64,000 bases of DNA from Myxococcota bacterium (GCA_039208735.1 JBCCQY010000019.1:1-64000); one strand, 5' to 3'. Shown: positions 28,323 to 38,170, counted from the stretch's first letter. Translations and numbers: made by a program. The notes: generated from the sequence alone by a model not told the origin.

Positions 28323-29833
28323 GGGTTGAGGATGTCCGAGATCACCTCGATCTCTTTGGATTTGTCCTCGGGTTCGGTCGGAGCCTCTTTCTCGCCTTGC
28401 TCTGGGGAGGCCGTGCCCTCTTGCTTCGCCGATGGCTCTGGCGCCACCACGGTCGGCTGTGGCGACGGCGCAGAAGGTTCGACTTGCTCTGGTTCCTCCG
28501 CAGGAGGGGCGGGCTCCGCCGTAGGCTCCTCGCGCGGAGGGGCCTCCTCCACCAGGGTCGGCACGGGGTCCTCAAGTTCCGCAGGAGCGGTTCGCACCGG
28601 CGCTTCCTCCGAGTCAGAGCGTGCTCCCGGAGGCCCCGCCGGCACGAGTAGCCCCGCCGCCACGACGATCACTGCGAGGATGAGCAAAAGCAGGAGGAGG
28701 CTCGAAAGACCTGGTCGACGACGCGGTTGTGGAATCGCCGACCGGATGAAGACCGGCGCCTGCGTCACGGCGTTGGACGCACCGGGGTGGTTGTCGAGAA
28801 GGTCCATCCCCTTCGCCAACGCATACGTTCGCCGTTCTTGCTCTCGCCGTTCCGCATGATGCTCGGCAAAGGTCGAGGTCATGAAGAGTTGAAGACGTTG
28901 TTCCTGATTCGTGCCAAACGCGTCCGGCGCCGCACTCATCAGTGCGTCAAGGAAGGCCTTGGGGGAGGGGCAACGCTCCGCTTTTTCATAGCGCAGGGCC
29001 CAAACCACCAGGTCGTCGAGTTCACGGGGAATCGAAGGCTCGACCCGACGAGGGGCTTCAATGCCGCCTTGGAAGATCTTGGCCACGGCACTGGGACCAT
29101 CTGGGAACAGGCGTTGCCCCGTCAGCATCTCCCACATCACGACACCGAGTTGGTAGATGTCGGTGCGTTGGTCGAGCGGCTGGCCATTGATCTGCTCAGG
29201 CGCCAGGTACGAAGGTTTTCCCTTGATCACACCCGCTTGTGTGGGCTCCGAATCCCTCACCTTCGCGACGCCGAAGTCCAACAGCTTCACTTGGCCGTTG
29301 TAGCAGCACATGACGTTCGACGGGTTGACATCGCGATGGACGATGGCGAGTGAGGAACCATCTGCCAACTGCAACTGTTGAATGAAGTCGAGGGCTGAGG
29401 CCATGGAGGCGGCGATTCGGCAAACGATGCCGATCGGCAGTCGCGCGTTCGCCTGGCGTAACTTTCGGAGCACGAACGACAGCGTCTCGCCCGAGAGGTA
29501 CTCAAGGACAAGGTAGGGCCCGTCGTCATCCTCGCCGAAATCGAGCGCCCTCACGATGTGGGCATGGCTCATCGTGGCGGACACCTTGGCTTCTAGCTGA
29601 AAACTCTTCAGGGAATCTTCGCTTCGAGCCGCCCAGTCGTTGATTCGCTTGACCACAACGAGACGCTCGAACGAGCCACTGCCCTTCTGCAAAGCCAGAT
29701 AGACATCCGCCATGCCACCCCGGCCAATCTGCTCGCCGATGTGGTAGGTGCGGATGGGAGCCTCCAGAAAGCGAGTAACAGTTAGCGCAGCAGACCATTG
29801 AGTGGCAACCGACGCGGTAACAGCGAGTCGCAC
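28307..29833 (-). CDS. Membrane-anchored Ser/Thr protein kinase
   Basis: IGRGGMADVY, VVKR, HRDVNPSN, DFGVAK, YLAPEQ, TM helix, Pro/Glu-rich tail; start codon uncertain (GTG at 29833 chosen to avoid overlap with the divergent gene). Confidence 0.92.
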   Translation of the reverse strand: MRLAVTASVATQWSAALTVTRFLEAPIRTYHIGEQIGRGGMADVYLALQKGSGSFERLVVVKRINDWAARSEDSLKSFQLEAKVSATMSHAHIVRALDFGEDDDGPYLVLEYLSGETLSFVLRKLRQANARLPIGIVCRIAASMASALDFIQQLQLADGSSLAIVHRDVNPSNVMCCYNGQVKLLDFGVAKVRDSEPTQAGVIKGKPSYLAPEQINGQPLDQRTDIYQLGVVMWEMLTGQRLFPDGPSAVAKIFQGGIEAPRRVEPSIPRELDDLVVWALRYEKAERCPSPKAFLDALMSAAPDAFGTNQEQRLQLFMTSTFAEHHAERREQERRTYALAKGMDLLDNHPGASNAVTQAPVFIRSAIPQPRRRPGLSSLLLLLLILAVIVVAAGLLVPAGPPGARSDSEEAPVRTAPAELEDPVPTLVEEAPPREEPTAEPAPPAEEPEQVEPSAPSPQPTVVAPEPSAKQEGTASPEQGEKEAPTEPEDKSKEIEVISDILNPWETP

Positions 29834-29906
29834 ATCGCCCCGTTTCGTGGTAGGACCGAGGCCGGATGCGGGTTTCAGCCGCACCGAACGATGGGGAGTC
29901 TGCACG

Positions 29907-31436
29907 ATGGTTCGCACTCTGGTTGTTCTCGCCGTCGGAGGCTGTTCGACTCAACTGGTCGAACGACGAGCGTGTCAAACGGACGATGAATGCCAACAAG
30001 CCTTCGACCAAGGCGCCATTTGTCTCGATGATGGGTACTGCAGCGGAGGCTCCGTTGGCCCCGTCGTCGATGGCGTCTCGGCCGAGATTGTACGCACGGT
30101 GGGCCTCGTCGACGTCTCCGGCTCCCTGCAAGACCTCGGCATTGGCATGCGCGACGGGGTGAGTGCTGCGCTGGCCGCTTGGAACAACGAGAATCCCGAT
30201 AAACGACAGTTCGTCCACGAGGTTCGAGATGACCGCTACGACCCCGAACAAAGCGTTTCGCTGGCCGACGACCTGACCGTTGACGCCGAAGATGGCCAAG
30301 GGCGCTATGCGTTTGCCGTCCTCGGCAGCATGGGCTCTCCAACCTCAAACGCCATGCTGGGGCTCCTCAACGAGCGCCAGGTTCCCTTGTTTGGCACCTA
30401 CAGTGGCGCGACCCATCTGCGGAGGGATCCGCCGGACCGTATTGTATGGAACACCCGTGCAAGCTACCGTCTCGAAGGCGAGACGATCACCCGGCACCTC
30501 GTCTCTCGCGACCCGAACCCGATCGCCGGCCAAAACGTGTTCGTGTTTGCCCAGTCCCCCATCGACAGCCCCACCGATGGCCAAGCGGACGCAGCACCCG
30601 ATGCCGTCGGCGCCGACCAGGTGGCGCTCGACGCCTACGGCAACAGCGGCTACCGCGGCATTGTCGATGTCCTGACGCCCCTATTGGGGACCCAAGTCGA
30701 CATCCCGCTTGCGACCTACCGTGCCACCAGCACCAACACGTCGGTCGCGGAATCGTTCTTCTTTCAGTGGATCGCGGGTCTCGTGAAGCGTACGCCTGGT
30801 CCCCAGGTCGACCCCGAGGGCTTGCGCGTCGGCATTGCCATGGTGCCTGTGGCCAGCACCGCCACGCCCTTCATCCGAGAGATCATCGACGGCTTTGAGC
30901 AGCTGCGGGCCGGAGAGAAGCCCAACAGCCTGACCGAGGCGGAGTGGGCGCTCGTCACCGAGAAACGGAAGGCCGAGCTGATGAAGGCCGAAGTGGTGTT
31001 CGCATCCATCTCCCCGGTGGGCGACCAGCTCGGCTCAAATCTCGAAGCGGCCGGAGCCTCAACCTATTGCAATCGGGATTATCCAATCATCGTGTCGCAG
31101 GTCGTGCCGTTTCCAACGGGCGGAAGTACGGGCGCCCTGCAGTTTCGCAGCGACCTCGAAGCCTACGATGTCAATTTGACCCCAGGATTCGTAAACTTCG
31201 AAGGCTGGATCGCGGGCCGCGTATGGGCCAGTGCGGTCGATGCAACCGGCGAAGAACTCACGGTGGACCGTTTGATCGACACGTTGAGTGACCCTGATTT
31301 CGAAGTCGATTTGGGTGTCGGGTCCATTTTCCGATTCTCAACCAACGACCACGATGGATCGGACGCAGTGTACGGCTCCGTCCTGTCGACCTCCTGCCAA
31401 TACGAAGACTTTTTCTTCGACGGACCGCGCCGGTAG
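29907..31436 (+). CDS. Lipoprotein with branched-chain amino-acid-binding (LivK/Peripla_BP_6-like) fold and Cys-rich N-terminus
   Basis: GGGGAG RBS; VGGC lipobox; CQTDDEC; RDDRYDPEQS, LGSMGSPT, NTRASYRLE, SQVVPFP, FEGWIAG. Confidence 0.8.
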   Translation: MVRTLVVLAVGGCSTQLVERRACQTDDECQQAFDQGAICLDDGYCSGGSVGPVVDGVSAEIVRTVGLVDVSGSLQDLGIGMRDGVSAALAAWNNENPDKRQFVHEVRDDRYDPEQSVSLADDLTVDAEDGQGRYAFAVLGSMGSPTSNAMLGLLNERQVPLFGTYSGATHLRRDPPDRIVWNTRASYRLEGETITRHLVSRDPNPIAGQNVFVFAQSPIDSPTDGQADAAPDAVGADQVALDAYGNSGYRGIVDVLTPLLGTQVDIPLATYRATSTNTSVAESFFFQWIAGLVKRTPGPQVDPEGLRVGIAMVPVASTATPFIREIIDGFEQLRAGEKPNSLTEAEWALVTEKRKAELMKAEVVFASISPVGDQLGSNLEAAGASTYCNRDYPIIVSQVVPFPTGGSTGALQFRSDLEAYDVNLTPGFVNFEGWIAGRVWASAVDATGEELTVDRLIDTLSDPDFEVDLGVGSIFRFSTNDHDGSDAVYGSVLSTSCQYEDFFFDGPRR

Positions 31437-31507
31437 CCTCGGAGCCTCCATGACATGGCTTATCAGCTTGTTCTTGGCCGGGGCAACGCGGGGCTCGATC
31501 CGCAGCC

Positions 31508-34048
31508 CTAGGGCATAGGAACAAAGCGGTACCGGTCCTCGGTCGGCCAATCTGCGGAATCGCAGGTCGGCGAGCAACTTTGGTCCGCGCCGCGCACCCC
31601 CGCGACGTCTTCCCAGCCTTGGGTGGCCGAAAACGACCCGTTTGCCATCCCGTAGTGAACCACGATCTCGTTCGTCCCTTCGTGCAGCTCGACCTGGGCA
31701 TCGAGACTGCTCGATGGGTCAGAGTTCTGGGCCCAATCCGTGAACGTGAAGACCATCCGTTGCCGACCGGGCGAGCCTACCGTCGTCACCGTCGCGGACG
31801 ACGAAGGGGTTAGCTCGAGGTCGTCCCACCACCAGGCAATCGTGCCGTTGGGATCGAGGGAGGACGGCAGACGACCGTTGTTCGGGAATGTCAGGTTGGA
31901 CGTTTGGTCGAACATGACAAGCCCGTTCGTCGAAACCTTGACGGTACTCACGGGTACGCCAAGGTACTCGAACGCAAAGGGAATCGTCTCGGTGGCGATG
32001 CCGTTCTGCAGCGCGGCCGATGGACCCGAAACGTCGAGCGGGCTTACGAACACCAGAGGAGTACCGCCAGGAAGTGACGGAGGTGCGGTGGTGATCGCAT
32101 ACATGTCGAAATCACGGCCCGGCAGTACCTCACCAAACCGCTGTTCCAAGGTAAAAGTCCGCCAGGGTGAGGCTTGACCCATGGCAAAGATCTCACCGGT
32201 GACCGTGTAAAGTCCGCTGTCCGGAACGAAGTGGAACTCGGGGCCAAACTGAACACAGTCGATGAAGTGGGTTTGGTTCAACGGGTCCGAAACGAACTGG
32301 CGTCCCGACAACATTTTCCATTGGGTCCGCGATCGGGTGTGGGTCTGAACCTGGGTGCCATCGGTGCACTCGTAGCTGAACACCCCTTCGAGCGTCCATT
32401 CCTGGACATCAAATCCGAACCCCGCTCCCTCGAGCGAAACCGTGAATCTATAGCTTCGAGCATCTTGCCACGACAAGGGATCCAGCGTGAGATCTTCGAA
32501 GCGTCGGGTGACCGTGGTGTGTGGACCAACCGCCGGCCCCGTCGTGATCACCCAGTTGACGTCCGGCTCAAGCACCGGAGCATCGTGCTGGAAGGTGGCA
32601 TCCAGACCCCGTACGATCGAGGCATTGTGCAGGACCGGCCAGCCAGAAGCAGAGTACGAAGCAAGGCCCTGTTCGGGATGGTTGCAATCGACGAACGAAA
32701 AGGTCTGAGCCAGAATGTTTCCATTCACCTCGTCGACCGCGATGAGCAATTCACAGGGGCCGACCACCAAGGCCACATCAAGTTCCCAGCCTTGGCCAGC
32801 CAACCAGTCGTGGGGTCCCATGAGCTTCGTCCACGGTACATTGTCATTGCGATAGAACAGTTCGAATCGGCGGGTCCCGAACAGAGGATCGGATGTATCC
32901 GTGGCGGGCGCGGTGGTGTAGGTCCCTAAGGCAAAGGTTGAACCGGTGGGAAGGCCCGTTTCAGGCAACGCCTGAGCCACGGCAATCTGGTCGATCGTGA
33001 ACCGGTAGTTGTTGATGATGCGGGTCGTTCCGAGCGGAGTGGCGGACGTTCCTGGAGTAATGACAGCAAAGGTCTCTGGTGCGATCGCCCGATCCACAAA
33101 ACCAAACGTCGAAAGTGAACCACTTACCGCGGTACCCGGCACCGTGTTGCTCGTCCCGAGTTCGTGGATCGTCGAACCCGAAACGGAGAACCCCCGGTTG
33201 TTCTCCAGCAGCGTCACCCCGTCGATCGGTGTCGGAAGGTTCGAGAACGCAAAGGCCGCCGAAAACGATGGCTCCAGCATGAGGGACGCGTTCTCCACCC
33301 ACCTCTCCGAAAGCTTGACAAGCCTTCTGCCCTTGGGAAATGCGATCTCAAGCGTGCCCCCGTTTGTGTCCACCGAGGTTTGAACTATCGGATCGGTCGT
33401 GTCGAGGACGGTGGGAGTGGTCGGGCCAGGCGTGGCAAACGTGAGCATTTCCACGCTCCCGCCGTCGTTGTAGGTAATTCGATAGGTGTCGAGGTCGTGT
33501 CGTGTCCCGAAGAACCCCGCGTCGGCCAGCTGCGGTCGGACATCATGGAAACGCTGATCGTTCGACCCGTCGCAGGGGCTAGCGAAAACCGGGGTTCCCA
33601 TTTTATCATCCGCCACGTGCAGACAATGCCCAGTGGACACCGACACGAGTGACACCCCACCCGCGGGCTGGGGAAAGGGCTTGAACTGCTGGGTGTCTCC
33701 TCCGTGGCAGGGCTGCTGCTGCACGGAAGCATCAGGCATGACCTCGACGCACCATCCGCTGGCCGCATTCTCGAACAACCCTGCAGTGTCCGACGTGTTC
33801 GACTCAAATCGCCAGTCCTGCTGAAATTCACTGGTACAGAATCCCTGAACGAGCGCCTTGCCGGGGGCCATCGAGCCGCTCTGGGCTTCGAGGCAAAGGC
33901 CCGAGTCGGCCACCGTCACCGGCGCGGTGGCAACGACCTGTGCTTGCGCCTCGCTTATCATCGCCGTCGCACCACTGAGGATTACGAAAAGACTCACCAC
34001 AATCCGCTCCAGAAGTTGGATGGACAGCGTATCGGTGGACACCCGCAA
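31508..34048 (-). CDS. Secreted protein with N-terminal ricin B-type lectin domain and C-terminal nidogen-like domain
   Basis: GLCLE...QQDW, GWCVE...QQF, GHCLH...DQRF repeats; PFAFEYLG...VSTNGLVMF...IAWWWDDL; start uncertain. Confidence 0.75.
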   Translation of the reverse strand: MRVSTDTLSIQLLERIVVSLFVILSGATAMISEAQAQVVATAPVTVADSGLCLEAQSGSMAPGKALVQGFCTSEFQQDWRFESNTSDTAGLFENAASGWCVEVMPDASVQQQPCHGGDTQQFKPFPQPAGGVSLVSVSTGHCLHVADDKMGTPVFASPCDGSNDQRFHDVRPQLADAGFFGTRHDLDTYRITYNDGGSVEMLTFATPGPTTPTVLDTTDPIVQTSVDTNGGTLEIAFPKGRRLVKLSERWVENASLMLEPSFSAAFAFSNLPTPIDGVTLLENNRGFSVSGSTIHELGTSNTVPGTAVSGSLSTFGFVDRAIAPETFAVITPGTSATPLGTTRIINNYRFTIDQIAVAQALPETGLPTGSTFALGTYTTAPATDTSDPLFGTRRFELFYRNDNVPWTKLMGPHDWLAGQGWELDVALVVGPCELLIAVDEVNGNILAQTFSFVDCNHPEQGLASYSASGWPVLHNASIVRGLDATFQHDAPVLEPDVNWVITTGPAVGPHTTVTRRFEDLTLDPLSWQDARSYRFTVSLEGAGFGFDVQEWTLEGVFSYECTDGTQVQTHTRSRTQWKMLSGRQFVSDPLNQTHFIDCVQFGPEFHFVPDSGLYTVTGEIFAMGQASPWRTFTLEQRFGEVLPGRDFDMYAITTAPPSLPGGTPLVFVSPLDVSGPSAALQNGIATETIPFAFEYLGVPVSTVKVSTNGLVMFDQTSNLTFPNNGRLPSSLDPNGTIAWWWDDLELTPSSSATVTTVGSPGRQRMVFTFTDWAQNSDPSSSLDAQVELHEGTNEIVVHYGMANGSFSATQGWEDVAGVRGADQSCSPTCDSADWPTEDRYRFVPMP

Positions 34049-34070
34049 GCTTGAGTCCGGGAGTGTCCGG

Positions 34071-34087
34071 ACGTGTTCGGAACACGT
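34071..34087. promoter_or_regulatory. Perfect inverted repeat ACGTGTTC-G-GAACACGT in a divergent intergenic region
   Basis: 8-bp arms read directly from the sequence. Confidence 0.45.
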
Positions 34088-34165
34088 GCGAACATCCCGT
34101 CGACACAGGCCGACACAACCGTGCGACCCGCCGTGGCCTACCCAAAGAGCACACGGAGGTTCATC

Positions 34166-34519
34166 ATGGTTTCATTCATCGCCGTCGCTGCAGTGACCGC
34201 CGCGGCGCAAGATTCGATCGTCATCGACTACGGGCCCGTCATCGTCGAGCATCGAAGCGACCTTGCATCCCGGCCCGACACTATCGTGGTTCGTTTAACG
34301 GCGGACCAGCAAGTCGAAGCATCCCACATCGATCCCTACACCAACTTCAAGTTTCGCGTTCAATGGAACCCGACAACCTCCACCCTGGATGAAGAGTGCC
34401 GAACCAGAAACTGCCCCACGATGTACGTTTCGGTAGGGAGCGTGACTTGGGTGTATGAGGCCGAGTACGAAACTCGGACAGAGTCCGAGTGGAAGTATGT
34501 CCCGGTACGGCGCCTCTAA
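34166..34519 (+). CDS. Small secreted protein (117 aa) with tail-tube-like and tail-sheath-like peptides
   Basis: GGAGGT RBS; short signal-like N-terminus; DPYTNFKFRVQW and SEWKYVPVRRL. Confidence 0.7.
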   Translation: MVSFIAVAAVTAAAQDSIVIDYGPVIVEHRSDLASRPDTIVVRLTADQQVEASHIDPYTNFKFRVQWNPTTSTLDEECRTRNCPTMYVSVGSVTWVYEAEYETRTESEWKYVPVRRL

Positions 34520-34531
34520 CCCGAAGTCCTT

Positions 34532-35647
34532 CTACTTCGAGGGTCGAATGCCTCGGTAAATGAACTGCCGAACCACAATGGGAAAGAGCAAACGGCGAAC
34601 CACCCAATGCGGAAACCGAAAGTGGCCCCCATTGGGCTGAAACACCCGTAGACCGTCTCTCTCTACCCCCAAGATCGATCCCCAGCGGTACGGCGGGGCC
34701 CGGTACTTTCGAAGGGTGGCACGGCCCCTAAGCGTGGCACGGAGGTTGTAGGCCACCACACGAAAGCCCCAATTGCGGGCTGAACTGCGATGTTTGTCGG
34801 TCGCCGCGATGTCGCCGACGGCAAAGATGCGTTGGGTGCCCTGCACCCGAAGGTACGGATCTGTCTTCACGAACCCGCGGTCGTCGAGCATCTCGGGAGG
34901 CAAAAAGCCACTATTCGGACGGACCTGTCCAACGGCCCACAACGTAAGGTCGGCAGAGAACGCGGGCTGTCCGGTCGACCAGGTCACAGGCCCTGTCGTC
35001 AAATCGTCACCGCGAAACCCAACCGGAATGTTCGCGCGATGCCCAGGATGGAGCTGGACACCCCGGCCTCGCAGCCGACGTTCAACCACCTGACGTACCT
35101 GAGGATGGTAGCTCGGCAGCGGTCGATCCTGGCTGTAAAACAGGTGCACTGACGTCTCGGGGAACCGCTCCTTCACATTGGCCGCAACGCTGGTGCCCGT
35201 AGCCCCGCCTCCCACAATGGCAACGGTGTGCGCACGCTCGATGGACAAGGCTCGCTCTGCCAGCTGCCGTTGAACCGTATCGATGTCCTCCAGGGTGTCG
35301 TTCCGCCAAAATCCGTTGGTCACCCCGGTTGCGATCACCAATGCGTCGTACGCCTCGCGGAGGGACTCGCCGTTGGACAACGCAACATCGACCCATTGTG
35401 CAGTTGCGTTGACGGCCACCACATGCCCGTGAAGGATGCGCACGCCGTCAAGCTTGGTGAACCGATCATAATCTTCGAGATAGTTCTGTTTCCACACCGA
35501 AGGCTGGGTCAGTCTGGTCCCCAGTTCTTGGCCGCTGATCCAACATGGCTTGGTACTTATGGCAACAACCTCGAACCCTTGACCCAGATGAATGGCAACG
35601 AGCAGGCCCGTATCTCCAAACCCCACAATCACGACGCGCTTCTTCAC
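34532..35647 (-). CDS. FAD-dependent pyridine nucleotide-disulfide oxidoreductase (AIF/AMID-like)
   Basis: VVIVGFGDTG, YDALVIATG, IVGGGATG, IFAVGDIA. Confidence 0.9.
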   Translation of the reverse strand: MKKRVVIVGFGDTGLLVAIHLGQGFEVVAISTKPCWISGQELGTRLTQPSVWKQNYLEDYDRFTKLDGVRILHGHVVAVNATAQWVDVALSNGESLREAYDALVIATGVTNGFWRNDTLEDIDTVQRQLAERALSIERAHTVAIVGGGATGTSVAANVKERFPETSVHLFYSQDRPLPSYHPQVRQVVERRLRGRGVQLHPGHRANIPVGFRGDDLTTGPVTWSTGQPAFSADLTLWAVGQVRPNSGFLPPEMLDDRGFVKTDPYLRVQGTQRIFAVGDIAATDKHRSSARNWGFRVVAYNLRATLRGRATLRKYRAPPYRWGSILGVERDGLRVFQPNGGHFRFPHWVVRRLLFPIVVRQFIYRGIRPSK

Positions 35648-35702
35648 GGTCTTTGGGTATCCTCACGCTACGAAAGGGACACCTCGGGAGGGGGAGACCA
35701 CG

Positions 35703-35987
35703 ATGGGTGAAGTCAAGCGCGAAGAACTATCGGATTCAAAAGGTCGCTACGTCTATGCGTCGGACGCGGGCCAGGCCGAGATGACGTTCTCAAAGGCAGG
35801 AGATTCGTTGATTATCATCGACCATACCGATGTGTCCGATGGACTGCGAGGCAAGGGTATTGGAGCCAAGCTCGTTGCCCAGGCGGTCTCCGACGCCAGA
35901 GAAGGTCACTACAAAATCTTGCCCCTGTGCCCCTTCGCGGCAAAGACGTTTCGCGACCATCCGGAATGGGCGGACATCAAGTCATGA
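35703..35987 (+). CDS. GNAT-family N-acetyltransferase (YjdJ-like)
   Basis: IIIDHTDVSDGLRGKGIG...ILPLCPFA; strong RBS. Confidence 0.9.
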   Translation: MGEVKREELSDSKGRYVYASDAGQAEMTFSKAGDSLIIIDHTDVSDGLRGKGIGAKLVAQAVSDAREGHYKILPLCPFAAKTFRDHPEWADIKS

Positions 35988-36697
35988 AGGACCAAGGCGC
36001 AGTATTCCGATGGATCGTAGGGGGGCTGCTTTTCGCCACCGTATTGCCATCCGTATGGTTGGTACGCGCCCTCTTCGTAGAGCCGTTTCGCATTCCGTCT
36101 GCCGGAGAAGCACCAACCCTCGCGGTCGGGGACCACGTTTTGGTCGACAAAGCCCGGTACGGTTTGTCGCTCCCCTCACCTTTGGGCGACGGTCGCACTC
36201 GGCTCCTTGACTTGGGCGTTCCGGAGCGCGGCGAGATCGTGGTCTTTCGGTACCCCGAGGACCCATCCATTCACTACATCAAGCGGGTGGTTGCGGTCGG
36301 GGGTGACCGGATCGCGGTTGAAGACCATCAAGTCCGCTTGAATGGTGCGGTACAGCCTTGGGACGAAGTCGGTCCGGACACCTTCGTGGACGACACGTGC
36401 ACCGAAAGAGCCGTGACTCGATTCACCGAGCAGGGTCCGCGCGGCACCTGGGACATCTTCACCGAAGACGGCGCGTCAAGCCGGCTCGCCAACGTCCGTG
36501 AGCGCACAGTGCCGGCAGGCCATGTCTTCGTCATGGGAGACAATCGCGACCATTCTGAGGACTCCCGCGTCTGGGGTTTCGTGCCGCTCGACCATATTAT
36601 TGGGCGCGCCGAGCGCATTTGGTTTTCGTTTGACGCCTGCGAGGGGCGCCTGCGTCAAGAGCGTGTGGGCACCTCTGTGCTTCCGGAGGGTTCGTGA
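35984..36697 (+). CDS. lepB: Signal peptidase I homolog with catalytic Ser apparently replaced
   Basis: EPFRIPSAGEAPTLAVGD, YIKRVV, GDNRDHSEDSRVWGFVP. Confidence 0.85.
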   Translation: MKDQGAVFRWIVGGLLFATVLPSVWLVRALFVEPFRIPSAGEAPTLAVGDHVLVDKARYGLSLPSPLGDGRTRLLDLGVPERGEIVVFRYPEDPSIHYIKRVVAVGGDRIAVEDHQVRLNGAVQPWDEVGPDTFVDDTCTERAVTRFTEQGPRGTWDIFTEDGASSRLANVRERTVPAGHVFVMGDNRDHSEDSRVWGFVPLDHIIGRAERIWFSFDACEGRLRQERVGTSVLPEGS

Positions 36698-37176
36698 CCG
36701 ACGACGACATCAAAGCCCTGCACGACTTCGAAGACACGGCCGTTCCGACCGACCTCGCCTCGCTCAGTCAACGCTGGCTGGCGGGCGCCATCGACTACGC
36801 CTTGTTCGGGGCGGGCCTGTTCGCGGGAGCCGCGTTGGGTATGGGGTTGGCGAGACTCTCGGGAAGCAGCGCCGTCACGCTGATGACGCTCGGCACAGCC
36901 ATGCTCGGTGCCCTAATACCCAGTGTCATCAGCTGGGTATTGATCACGCGGGATGGACAAAGCCTGGGCAAGCGGTGGGTCGGCATTCGCATTGTGACGC
37001 GGGGCGGTCAGCCGCCCGGCTTTCTTCGGGGCGTCGTTTTGCGAAACTGGGTGCTTCAATTGGTGGATCGGGCCTGCGGGTTCCTGTTCTTCATTGACCA
37101 TGCCGCGATCCTCCTCCGCGAGCGCCGAGCCATCCACGACTACATCGCGGGAACCTGGGTCATCGACCCAAACTAA
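36694..37176 (+). CDS. RDD family membrane protein
   Basis: RWLAGAID, GQSLGKRWVGIRIV, HDYIAGTWV. Confidence 0.9.
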   Translation: MTDDDIKALHDFEDTAVPTDLASLSQRWLAGAIDYALFGAGLFAGAALGMGLARLSGSSAVTLMTLGTAMLGALIPSVISWVLITRDGQSLGKRWVGIRIVTRGGQPPGFLRGVVLRNWVLQLVDRACGFLFFIDHAAILLRERRAIHDYIAGTWVIDPN

Positions 37177-37571
37177 CCCACCAGGGAAGCGAGGAGCGGC
37201 CAGGCGACCAGGGCCGTACCCGCCACTCCCACCATCCAGAGCAAAGAGCGAAGGTAGGTCACGCCCAGGACGTAAATAGGGATGTAGAGCAGCCGGGCGC
37301 CTATGAACAACCACGCCCCCAAGGCGGAGACGCCGTCGGCGGAGTCCGTCACAACCACGGCCAATGCAATTGGCACGAACAACGCCATGTTTTCAATGTG
37401 GTTGGCGAGCGCCCGGGTGGCCCGTCTCGAAAGCTCCGGGAGGTCCTGGTCCTCCCGGTTGCTAAAGATCCAAGCCGTGCCTTTGGCGGTCGTGTTGACC
37501 ATCGCCTGCACGTTGACGGCGGCAAACAAGAGGGCCGAAGACAAAACCACGGCTAAGATTTCGGTCTGCAT
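37173..37571 (-). CDS. MAPEG family membrane protein
   Basis: RATRALANHIEN, ARLLYIPIY, LRSLLW; AGGAG RBS. Confidence 0.85.
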   Translation of the reverse strand: MQTEILAVVLSSALLFAAVNVQAMVNTTAKGTAWIFSNREDQDLPELSRRATRALANHIENMALFVPIALAVVVTDSADGVSALGAWLFIGARLLYIPIYVLGVTYLRSLLWMVGVAGTALVAWPLLASLVG

Positions 37572-37784
37572 GATGCTACTCCTTGCGCCTTGGCGGCGGG
37601 AACACCCCTGACGTACTGCCAGTTTGACCCAAGGTCCGCCGGTGTTGGCGCAGGGCACACCTGCATCAGCTCCGGTGATCCGCTTGCAGGAGCGAAGCGA
37701 CGAAAGCTGACCGCGTGAGCCTGCAGGCGCTTAGCGCCGAAGGCCAGCGGTGATCAGACTCGCGCAAGCTTCGCTTGCTGCTGA

Positions 37785-38096
37785 TCAACCCGAGTCGTCG
37801 CAGCTCCAGACCTCGCTATACAACGACTTCAGATCCGTCGTCTCGTCACAGACGGCGAGCGCAAAGGTATCTTCCATACAGCGAAAGCGCTGGACCGCAT
37901 CCAGCCGATCAAACCCGGTGCGTAGGTTTTCGTTGATGCAGTCCTCGGCGAACAACTCCCCTTCAGAGGCTGCGAAGTCAGGATCCCCCGTGGCTGATTC
38001 AACACAGTTAATAGCCGCATCAACGAACTCCCCACACGCTGCTTCGGGGTTTCCGCAACCCGCCACGACAAATATCCAAAGCACAAATCGACGCAC
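37785..38096 (-). CDS. Small Cys-rich lipoprotein
   Basis: GGAG RBS, GTG start, VAGC lipobox. Confidence 0.6.
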   Translation of the reverse strand: MRRFVLWIFVVAGCGNPEAACGEFVDAAINCVESATGDPDFAASEGELFAEDCINENLRTGFDRLDAVQRFRCMEDTFALAVCDETTDLKSLYSEVWSCDDSG

Positions 38097-38170
38097 TGAT
38101 GTTTCCTCCGTCTGCCTCACGGTACGCACACGGAGGAAGGGGTGTCGATCTCCTTCCTTACATCAAGGTC

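Noticed and set aside
34166..34519. Prophage or eCIS locus
   Set aside because: Only short peptides match; no baseplate, spike, full sheath or other phage genes in the window
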